Source of the DNA: Sphyrna mokarran
Lineage: Eukaryota
NCBI GenBank assembly: GCA_024679065.1
Contig: JAGIQG010000009.1
Location: 96,782,001-96,846,000, forward strand
Direction: 5' to 3'
Length of the DNA stretch: 64,000 nt
Part shown: one piece after another, positions 37,001-47,234 of the stretch
Layout: each line of letters begins with the position of its first letter
How positions within the stretch are numbered: the first letter of the stretch is position 1
Position numbers and translations under genes: made by a program
The notes under the pieces: generated by a model
The model's database searches: none
Seen by the model: only the letters and a program-made list of their open reading frames with translations
What the model was told of the DNA's origin: nothing

Positions 37001-40000
37001 GATGTAGTCTGCTTAGACTACAGTAAGGCTTTTGACAATGCCTGAGACTGATTAAAGTTATACGAGCCCACGGGATACAGGACAATTTGGTAAGTTGAAT
37101 TTAGAATTAGCTTAGCAGCAGGAGGGAGAGGGTGTTGATGAAAGGTTGCTTTTGTGACTGGAAACCTGTGCCCAGTAGCGTAGCACAGGGATCAATGCTG
37201 TGTCCCTGCAGTTTACAGTGTACGTCATGACCTAGGTGAGAATGCGGAAGGTATGATCAGTGAATTCGCAGATAATACCAAAAAATGACGATTTGGTAAA
37301 AAGTGAGGAGAAAACCCTTAGGTATAGATGAGTGGCTAGGTGTTGGAACGGTAACAAATGGAACTTAACCCTGAAAAATATGAGGTGATGAATTTTGGGA
37401 TGGCTAACAAGGCAATGGAATATACAATGAATGGTAGGGCGCTAGGAAGTACAGAGGACAAGAGGAACATTGGAATGCATGTACACCTGTCTCCAAAGGC
37501 AACAAGACAGATAGATAAGATGGTTAAGAAGGCATATGGGATGCTTGTTTTCATTATGTTAAGAAACAAACTATTTTTAAATGTAAGAATGTCCCAAAAG
37601 CCAGACTCTAACAGCTGTTCTACGTAGTGTAGGTTTTTAATCTAGTATACTTTGAGAAAAGTATGTGGACCAGGGAGGAATTCTTCTGTCTCTGCGTGAG
37701 AAATTAATAAGGAATATTTATTCATGTAAAAGGAAAAGAACACGCGATCAATACAATTAGGATATCGCTAATCATTTAATTGAACTGATGGCTATATCCA
37801 AGTATTATTAAATGAAATTATCCCTGGGTTTCCAACCACCATTCTGAGATGTCTCTTTGGTCCCAATCAACATCGACTGTTACAGAATGCTAAGAGAAAA
37901 ATCTAGCAAATAATTACCAAATTAGATGGCCACGTTTTGGAAAACCACCTTCAGTTTCAGCAAAGGTGAAATCTGCTTTCTCTTTTTGGAAGGCTGTTTT
38001 GGCAATTAGGTATAACTGTGATGGAACTATCATGGCGTGACTGTGCCTTTTCTCTAGTTAAGATGCTATGGATATAACATTCTTTCCCTTTGATGTTATC
38101 CAGCCTATGGAATTGACATCTATGTATACATTTCCATATCACTCCACTTTGAACTTACCTCTACTCTACTGAGTTCCTCTAGTCACATAGATAAACCCTT
38201 GCTTTGCTCACATATCAATACCATAGAATCATAGAATACCTACGGGCAGAAAAAGGTCATTTGGCCCATCGAACCTGTACTGTCTCTGACTGAGCATCTT
38301 ATCCAGGACAATCCCCTATCATTTTCCTGTAGCCCCGTGCATTTATTCTGCTGATCTCCCTAATCTACACATCTTCGGACACTTAGAGACAATTTAGCAT
38401 GATCAATCCGCCTAACCTGCAAGTCTTTGGATTGTTCGATCATCTGCGATTGGCTGTTTTCTTGAATCCCAATTTTAACCTTTTTTTTCCATTTCTAATA
38501 ATTCGCTGAGACATAGAATACAGGAGCAGGAAGGATATGATGGAACTTTATAAATTAGTCGTTGGCCCACATTTAGAGTACTGTATACTGTTCTGGTCGC
38601 CACACGATAGGAAGGATGAGGTTGGACTAAGGCTGCAGAGGAGATTCATCAGGATGTTCCCTAGATGGAGTGTTGCAGCTATGAAGAAGGCCTGGATAGA
38701 CATGGATTAATCTAAGCAGATATATCTAAGGAGGGACATGATTAAGATGCTCAAAATCATGACAGATAGATGGGATACATGGCTTTTTCCCTTAACAGAT
38801 GAGTTAATAACCAGAGACATAAATTTATGATAAGGAACAGCAGATTTAGAGAGGATTTGAGGGAAATGTTTTTTCACCCAGAAGGTAGTTGGAATCTGGA
38901 AATCACGGCTTGAAGGAGTGGTAGAGGTGGAAACCCTCACAATGTTTAAGAAGCATTTAGATGAGCACTTGTAAAACCATAGTATGCAAGGCTATGGTGC
39001 AAGTGCTGGAAAATGGGATAACAATAAATAGGTGTTTGACGTCTGGGCCAGTCACAATGGGCCAGAATGTCTCCTACTATGTTGTAAAACTCTTTGACGC
39101 TGTGACAAATGTGCCAGCAAATTGGCACCATGGAAACACATTCCACGTTTTTGATAAAACCATGCAGATGAACTCTCTGGGCCCAGATTGTCTGACGACT
39201 CATTAAAAATATTATGTACCTCGAGATGGTGTACATATAAACACAACAGATCTCCTTCGCCAAACGGCAGTGGCGAACACGGTGCATTTTTATAACAATC
39301 GATGACAGTCTCTTGGTCCATGTAATTGAGGCTAGGTTATCTTTCCAGCTGTTATGAATTGAAACTAAATTCCAGATTCTGCTCTGATGAGATTTGACAC
39401 CCTGCCTCCCTCTGCGAGTCCAGTGATTTTGCTACTACCCTACCTCTGCCCTATAATAGTGCAATGCCAGGAAATGCATTGGAATAGCAAAAATCCTGTT
39501 TGTTGCAAATAATGACAGTGAACTAAAATTGATTACTGACTTGGCGAATGAAATGGAGCAAACATGATATTACCTAACCTTACCACATTTTTCTCAAAAG
39601 GCTCAAAAAGTTTGAAGCCAAATGTGGTGCTCTGAAATGCAATCATTGTTGTTGTGTAGGGTAGCCACATACGTGCACATAGCAGAAACTCGTGTAGTGC
39701 AATGTGTTGCCCATTACTATGGACTTTTGGTGTTGTGTGTTCTGAGTATCACTGCAGGCAGACAGTGAATCAACTTAGAAGTTTACTTATTAATCACAAA
39801 TAAGGCTTACATTAACACTAATGAAGTTACTGTGAAATTCCCCTAGTCGCCACACTCTGGCACCTGCTTGGGTCAATGCACCTAACCCGCACGTTTTGAG
39901 ATTGTGGAAGGAGACCTGAGCATCTAGAGGAAATCCACGCAGACACAGGGGGATTCCACACAGACAGTGACCCAAGCCAAAAATCAAAGTGGCGTTGTGG

Positions 40001-42664
40001 GGCAACAGTACTAACCACTGTGCCACCGTACCACCCCTAGTGTAAGGGCTCCAGCTTAACAGTTTAGGGCCAAGATAACAGCTGCGCCCACATATATTTC
40101 TCTGCTTAATTTAGTCACTTCAAGCACATATTGGGCCTGATTTTACCAACAATTTGCGCCCGTTTTTCGGGCGTGAAATTGTGGTAAAGTCGGGTGTGAG
40201 GCCTCTATCGCGATCTGCACCCGAGTTGGCGCAAATCGCCACTTTACCGAGACCAGCGAATGGCGAGGATCTGTTCCGTGTCCAAATCGGGCGCAACGAT
40301 GATTTAAATGCATTTGCATGTATTTAAATTGAATTAATGAACTGCCCGCCCAACTCTATCAGCATTTCCCCCTTTACCACCGTGTTTACCAATCCAAAAC
40401 CGTGCTTTTAGGGACCTGCTGAATAAAAGGCTGAGTCAGGTGCTCCAGTCTCTGAAGGGCACGTTCAGTGTGCCCAATGGCTCTCTGACTCAGATCAATG
40501 ATGGGGGTGGGGGTGGGTCACATCATTCTCTGGTTGGAAGAGGGAGGAGGCGAGTGAGATCAGAGCATTGTCTGGTTGGGGGAAAAAGGAACTGGCGGGT
40601 CAGATTGAGAGGCGGGGGGGGGGGGGACGGTGCTGATTGTTGTCTGGTGGTGGGGGGAGGAGGGTTAATAGTATCTATTTTTCAGACTGAAAACCAGTTT
40701 TATTGGTTCAACGTACACCTGAATTCACATTTGAACATATTCAGAGTCAAACTAGAGCAATTTTCTCCAATTAAGTTATAGTTTGTCATCTACACTTCAC
40801 AGCACAGTACAGGCACCTGACCTAGTCAGTGCAACTCCGAATACAGCGTATTCTAAAGGCTGAATATTTAAAATGTACTCAAAAATTCTACACGTTGTTA
40901 ATCTTCAATGTAAAAGAATGTTATTCTCTCACTTCCCATCTTCTTCCTCAATTCCTCTGATTTACAGGTCATTGTTACACCTTATTAGAACATCCCCAAG
41001 GTGACCCACTAAAGCAGCATCAATATATTCTTCTGTGTTCGCCAGTTGCATGTTCATATATCCATCGACTGATACCAAGTAGCCTTTGTACTCCTTTCCC
41101 CATTTTAACTTTACCATCCCCGGTTTGCCAGTTAAGCCATTGAGGAAAGGTTTTGGATTCAATAGTAAACTCCCACGGGGGAAGATACACAGATCCCTCG
41201 GGGCCTTGCTCCTCTATCTCTCTCTTCCTCTCTCAACATGTTGACGGGGGCGGGGAGAGAGAGCTGATCGTTGTCTGGTGGTGAGGGGGGAGGAGGCGGG
41301 TCAGATGTTATTCTGGAAGGGAGGGACAGAGGCCAGACCGTTCTCAATGCGGGGGGAGGGGGGAGGCATTGCCACTCTACGGGCAATTGGCGGAGAGGCG
41401 TGAGGGAGGGAGTGCAGCAAGTTCCTTGTCATGGTGGGGGGAGTGAGGCCAGATCATTGTCTTGGAGAGGAGGGGGGAGGAGGGAGGCGGGACAGATGGA
41501 TCACGGTTCAGGGGTGAGAGTCAGATGGATCTTCGTGAGGGGGAGGGGCAGATGGATCTTTGGTGGCGGGGGAAGGGGGAGCCAGGGGGATCCGCTGCTA
41601 CTCTGCCGGAGATCAGTGGGAGGGGAGAAGGGCATTGGTGGAAATCGGTATGGGTAATGGGGGAGTGGATAAGGGAGCCAGTGATGTGCGTCTCTTACCC
41701 ACCCCGCCACTACCCAGACCGATTGCAACCCCTGCCCTCCTCCCCACCCCCACCAATTGCCCGCAGAGTGGGCAAAGCCTCCCCCCTCCCCCCTGCCATT
41801 GAGAACGGTCTGGCCTCTGTCCCCCTCCCTTCCAGAATAACATATGACCCGCCTCCTCCCCCCTCACCACCAGACAACGATCAGCTCTGTCCCCCCCCGC
41901 CCCCCAACATGTTGAGAGAGGGAGAGAGAGATAGAGTGGCCTCCCCACCAGAGATCCATCTGCCCTCCCCCACCAGAGATCCTTTTGTCACCATGCCCCC
42001 CGCTCCGGGAGATACATCTTACCTACCTCCGTCTCCCGCACACTCCCCATTCCCCCGCACCCAGAAATACACCCTCACTCCCACTTTTCACTCCTGGGCC
42101 TCTTTCTCCGTTTTAAGTGGCTCGGGAGCGATCTGAAACGGGTGCGCTTTTTCTGTTGTTTCTCTAACTGTGCATGCATAGTTCAGACCTACAATTGTTC
42201 CGGCAATGCTAAGCCCTGTCCACAGCGTGAATTGGACTGGAGAAGGCTGACAGTGTGTGAGGGCGTCTGAAAGGGGATTTCTAAGTCGGATCTGCACTGC
42301 CCAGAATCGGCACTTAGAATGAAAATGGTAAAATCGGGCCCATTATATCCTTATGTTTCCAGTAATTTCCCCCAAATCATTATGAATTCTAAACAAAATC
42401 AAATTGATAGAAACTTTCCAAGTTTAATGTCAATATTAGTTGCACAAACTGTATTGCTGTTTGTGTTTTGTGTAAAAATAGTGGATATTCATTAGTTGTA
42501 GAAATGTTGAAACACTTCAACGAAAATACAGACAAATATATATGTTCAACCCTTCTTAGATCGAATGACTGACACGACTACTCTTTGGTGCATCAGAACA
42601 GTGATAATCATTGGATTGATTCTTTCTGGGACTGTCCTGTACAAAAGGAGATGCCTAATTAAAG
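34057..42664 (+). CDS. NCR3: Gene B: NKp30/NCR3-like VJ-domain receptor, activating type; join(34057..34099,36548..36886,42560..42664), tail exons uncertain
   Basis: Leader, V and TM exons are all phase 1 and in frame. [25 protein letters not shown] parallels NKp30 LLLRAG...GSTVYYQGK. Confidence 0.8.
35711..36487 (-). mobile_element. Young CR1-clade LINE 3' fragment ending 60 bp before the gene B V exon
   Basis: Near-identical to 28460-29232 inverted; (TTCTATG)n tail. Confidence 0.95.
36548..36886 (+). CDS. Gene B exon 2, VJ-type Ig V domain
   Basis: acaacag| ... C|gtgagt, 339 nt as in gene A. Contains [27 protein letters not shown] and [10 protein letters not shown]. Confidence 0.95.
36980..37555 (+). 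mobile_element. Decayed CR1-clade LINE fragment
   Basis: SKAFD-like and [16 protein letters not shown] remnants. Confidence 0.8.
38505..39105 (+). mobile_element. Decayed CR1-clade LINE 3' fragment
   Basis: PHLEYC..FWSP..RRFIRM remnants and 3' UTR. Confidence 0.75.
39779..40038 (-). mobile_element. HE1-type V-SINE, alternative-tail variant
   Basis: As 2770-3070. Confidence 0.85.
40133..42341. mobile_element. Non-autonomous TIR DNA transposon (PIF/Harbinger-like), 2.2 kb, containing the SNRPF retrocopy
   Basis: 16-bp TIRs GGGCCTGATTTTACCA / TGGTAAAATCGGGCCC (1 mismatch). 3-bp TSD ATT at 40130-40132 and 42342-42344. No transposase ORF. Confidence 0.8.
40672..41172 (-). pseudogene. SNRPF: Processed pseudogene of small nuclear ribonucleoprotein F (Sm-F)
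   Basis: Intronless [78 protein letters not shown].., nearly identical to SNRPF. ATG missing, premature TAA at 40962, C-terminal frameshift, 3'UTR with AATAAA at 40699-40704. Confidence 0.95.
42560..42664 (+). CDS. Gene B exon 3, TM exon with Arg ([35 protein letters not shown])
   Basis: ccttcttag| ... AAAG|gtacta, phase 1-1. Shares the TLWxxR motif with the gene C TM. Confidence 0.8.
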
Positions 42665-43098
42665 GTACTAACATTGAATCACACATTTTCTTCTATTCTT
42701 TCACAGGATGTGGGTGACATGTATTGTTCTTTAAGAGTCACCCACATCATTATAGATCCGAAGTTGCAAATAAGCCAACAAATACAGCAGCGTTTATTTA
42801 TAAACCAAGTACTTTTTTTCAAACAATTAACGATTATTTCATGGTCATCATTAGCCTTTTCATTCCAGAAATCTATTGAATTCTTTTTTTTGCCATCTGC
42901 CATGGTGGGATTAGAAATCGTGTCCCAGAGCATTACCATGCCTTTCTGAATTACAAGTCCAGTGATAGTACCACTATGCCACAGAATCACAAGATGCCAA
43001 TGAGCAAGTTACAAATGAATAAAACATTCATTAAACCTGGAAAGCTTTATTGTACCATAATGTTCCAAAATATTCCTGCATCTCATTTATTTTTTAAG

Positions 43099-43142
43099 GA
43101 TCACACCAGTTGTGGAATATACCTTATATTATATTGTTTTCT
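43099..43142 (+). CDS. Candidate gene B exon 4 (GSHQLWNIPYIILFS)
   Basis: ttttttaag| 44 nt |gtaagt, phase 1-0, similar in size to gene A exon 4. No homology support. Confidence 0.4.
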
Positions 43143-43709
43143 GTAAGTGCACAGTCTCTGTAAACCAAAAAAGCAACTGTAGTTAGACGCATCCCAGTCT
43201 TAAACCAAGTAACAAATGCCATCCAATACAATATCTGTTGATTTCTTACCAAATCCTTTGATTTGCTCATTGCACCTTGAGCTAATCGGTCTTACTGGAA
43301 CTCAAAGAAATCTGTCTAACCTCCACTCTTGACAAAACACACCTTAGATTCTCCTCACACGCAACACCTTTCTCTTATATTTGACATGGATCCACTTCCA
43401 AGATTTCAATCTCTCCTTTAGGCATTCCTCTGCCTTGTATGCAAGATTCCACATAATGTCGCAGGTACTGAGTCATGTTAGCCTGAGCACCATTATTTCA
43501 TAGGCTGTACCAAGGTCACCAGCCTTAGAATAGCTTCAGATATCTGACTTCTAGTTGGCTAACTTCATCTAGTCCAAGCTTTTCAGTTTATTTTAAACTG
43601 TCCTTTACGTTCATTTTCTTTTTTTAAATTTCAATGCTCAGTACCTTATTCAGATTGTAGTTTGTTTTGTCCCTATGACTTCAGTCTTCCTGAGACTTCT
43701 CATTTCATT

Positions 43710-44165
43710 CATTTGGAATACTGCATCCAGTTCTGGCCACCCTACTACCAGAAGGACATGGAGACTCTGGAGAGAGTGCAGAGGAAGTTTACCAGGATGC
43801 TGCCTGGTATGGAAGGTCTGAGTTACGAGGAGAGGTTAGGCAAATTGGGACTGTTTTCATTAGAAAGACGTAGACTTAGAGGAGATCTAATAGAGGTGTA
43901 CAAGATTATGAGGGGTATAGATAGAGTAAACAGGGTTAAGCATTTTCCTAGGATGGATTCGAATAGCACGAGGGTCACGGGCTTAGGGTGAGGGGGGTAA
44001 GGTATAATTTGGATGCTAGAGGGAGTTTTTTCACACAGAGGGTGCTGGGGGTATGGAATGCGCTGCCAAGTAAAGTGGTGGAGGCAGGTACTCTGGAGTT
44101 ATTTAAGAAATACTTAGATGGGCACATGAACAGAATGCGAATGGAGGGGTATAGAAAACTGATTT
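43710..44165 (+). mobile_element. CR1-clade LINE 3' fragment
   Basis: HLEYCIQFWPPYYQKDMETLERVQRKFTRMLPG. Confidence 0.9.
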
Positions 44166-44382
44166 AAAATAGAGATCATGAGCCTTGGAGGTCCCTGGGA
44201 AGTGTATAAATAGATGATGATATTGATGTACTTGTTTTTATCCTACAGGTGCTTTGGTCCACCTTGTTGTCTAACAAGGGGCATACACGCAATGGGTCAT
44301 GAGAGGGCTGCTCTTGGATTTTTTTCGAGAGTATCCTAGTGCTTCACGTTGTTAGTGTACGCTTGAGCTGGACCATTTGATG

Positions 44383-44704
44383 GGCAACACGACAGCTCAG
44401 TGACTATCGCTGTGCTGTGCAGATACATGGATTTGGGCCTGTGTCTGTGGGAGTTTGCACATTCTCCCCGTGCTTGCATGGGTTTTCTCTGGGTACTCCG
44501 GTTTCCCCTCACATCCCAAAGATGTGCTCTTAGACTAATTGGCAAAACAAAGTCTCCCTAAATTGTCTCAAATTTGGTTTTTAATCCATAGATCTATAAA
44601 CATGGACAGGGATCGCGGGTAGAGGTGGGAACATCGGCGTGGTGGCGCGGGCTCGTTGGGCCAAAGGGCCTGTTTCCCGTGCTGTTTTGTTCTTTGGTCT
44701 TTGT
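44383..44704 (+). mobile_element. V-SINE, divergent subfamily (related copy at about 51470-51750 on -)
   Basis: V-SINE core with tail gcgcgggctcgttgggcc..ggcc..tttcccgtgctg. Confidence 0.75.
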
Positions 44705-45477
44705 TCCCTGGTTTGTGAAATCCCTATTCTTTGGTTTCTGGGACATGCTTTCTGTCCTTACTCCGTTGTCTTGCTTTTTTTCTGGCAGTTTCTATGAGAG
44801 GTATTTCCACCTCAGTTATGTTGTTCCAACTTCTACTGCATCCAGTTTCAAAATAAATTCAAAAATCCTTTTTAAAGTGGCATCTGATTACTAAGCAACG
44901 GCTACACATTGTAAAGCTTTTAATCACAGGGAATGCACTGTTTCAACTGAAGTCAAACCCCACAGGGATGCAAGCAACTGTTTTAAAACATGAATGTAAA
45001 TAAAATGCTAACCCTTTTTGACAAGTAAACCTGAAGTTACCCTCACTTAAGACTATGTCTTATTTCTAATACCCAAATACAAATTAGTTAAAACTACTTC
45101 TGTTTCAAAATGTCAATATATGCTTGAAATTTAGTTTAATCTTCTCTTTCTATTTTTCTCAGTTAATTGCAGATTATACATAATGTCAAAGCCAAGGTTA
45201 GTCAATGGAGCCACTACCTGTTTTAAGAGAAGTCTACAGTATTTCTCAAGAAATTGCAAACGTCATTTAATTCTGTCCATCTTCTTTTTGAAAGGGTTCA
45301 GAACATCTATGAAGAAAGTAATTTCACTGGTGGGTGATAATGCCTAAACTCTGTACATAAACCCTGCTATTTAACTTAATTGAGTTTGCTTTGTTACACT
45401 TGGAACTTGTTTCAACTTTCCCTTGAATCTGCTGTGAAATGATCATATAAAATAAGAATTGCTTCATTAAGCTCATT

Positions 45478-46216
45478 AGGAAGTCTCACAATATTAGGTT
45501 AAAGAGCAACACATTTATTTGGAATCACTAGCTTTTGGAGCACTTCTCCTTCCTCGGATGTGTGGAGAGATAGGTTTCACAAACATGGCAAATATATGCA
45601 GTTTCCTGATAGTCAAGCTCCGCATGCATGAGAATGGCCTCAAATGGGATCATAGTTCATGTCACACTACATGTAACCCCCAGCATTTGGCCTGGCCTTG
45701 CAAAATCCTACTAACTGTCCTAGCTTGAGACAATTCATAGAATTGTACAGTGCAGAAGAAGGTTCATCGATCTACACTGACCACAATCCCACCCAGGCCC
45801 TATCTTCATAACCCCTACCCTATCTAGTCCCTCTGACACTAATCTAGCATGGCCAACCAACCTAACTCACACATCTTTGGACTGTGGGAGGAAACTGGAG
45901 CACCCAGAGAAAACCCACACAGATATGGGGAAAATGTGCAAACTCCACTCACACAGTGACCCAAGTCGGGAATCGAACCCAGGTCCCTGGTGCTGGGATT
46001 AACCATTGTGCTAGTGTGCTGCCCATCTTTGCATGTCTTTAACCTGTGATTATCCATTTGTCCACTCGTATTGTCTGTACCCATCAATATACAAAAAGAC
46101 TCTGATTCCAAACATTATCTTGTAATTCCGTCTTTGTCTATATATGCCTTATTGGTGAAACCTAACTCTCCACTCACCCGATGAAGCCGCAATGCTCCGA
46201 GAGCTCATGATTCCCA
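45478..46216 (+). mobile_element. Penelope-like retroelement remnant: inverted terminal copy, ORF C-terminus and 3' pseudo-LTR, split by an HE1 SINE
   Basis: LIVKLRMHENGLKWD...HYM* resembles the end of Penelope GIY-YIG ORFs. 45520-45596 and 46140-46214 are inverted copies carrying hammerhead-like cores. Confidence 0.7.
45737..46024 (-). mobile_element. HE1-type V-SINE nested in the Penelope-like remnant
   Basis: Head, core and tail. Confidence 0.85.
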
Positions 46217-46229
46217 AAAAAAAATCATG

Positions 46230-47108
46230 TGAAAATCAATGAGATTTCTTCAAATAACGATTGAGGCGTAAGATTATGTTGGGAATATTCTACAAAACAG
46301 GATCGATAATGCATGCCCGAGTCATTAACTAATAGTATAGCGTTTGTGTAATAGATCTTAAGGACGATGCATTTATTTTATCAATGGAATTATTTATTTT
46401 TCTGATGCAGATTTGACATCCAGTGGTAATACCACAGTTAAGAGTGCTCATTCACGACTTTAACGTGGATTTAAATGCATCCTCACAAAGTGGAAGAATC
46501 ATTTGATCTATCACTTGAATAACGCATTTGATATTTAGAGCATTTATGAGCATTTGACTCACATCATATGGATGGCAGAGTTAGCACAACGTTGTTGTCT
46601 AATTATGGAAAGAGGAGCTGACCCGAGTTGGAACAAATCGGTTGACACAACGTTTGGAGTGCAAGTTGCGTTGTCTCATCTACGCAATGCAGCGAATCGC
46701 TTACATGTTAAATATGAAAAGCCACCAAGTGGTGGCAATGGGAACTTCAGGCTACGTACTATTGTGCTAATATTTTGTACGTAGGTTTTGAAATCAATTG
46801 ACAACATCGTATTAGCATCAACCTAATGAATTTTTTGGTCATATGCAATGTAATCCTGAAGTTGACATGCTATTGAAATTATTGCAATCTCCCATGTTCC
46901 ATTGTCCATTAATAAATGCAAAATTATCCGGACCGGACGCTTTAGCGACTTTTGCATTCATGCACGGTTCAGCAGCAACATCAGGTCTATATCACAACAG
47001 CATCACGTTTAGCACATTACTCCTTCCTAATCCAGGACTTCGAACATCAGTTGTAGTCACATTTGCTCTCCCAGCACTGAACAATCCTCCAAATGTTGTA
47101 TCATCCAT
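46230..47108 (-). pseudogene. Decayed ~290-codon ORF of unknown, possibly large-DNA-virus, origin
   Basis: Starts aaaaaaATG GAT GAT and reads through with about 2 frameshifts and 6 stops, all TGA/TAG. CpG appears little depleted and it matches no repeat in the window. Confidence 0.45.
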
Positions 47109-47201
47109 TTTTTTGTATGAGTGCAAATTTTGCATGGAAAGAATGTTTGTAAATGTGTTGTTCGTCCACTTTGAATGTATAATGTGTAAGAAAAGAAGAT
47201 T

Positions 47202-47234
47202 GATTGGCTGAAAATGGACAAGCTGTATAAATAG
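47202..47234 (+). promoter_or_regulatory. Promoter-like motif pair (ATTGG = inverted CCAAT, then TATAAATAG) next to the fossil ORF
   Basis: Sequence motifs only; no functional evidence. Confidence 0.25.
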
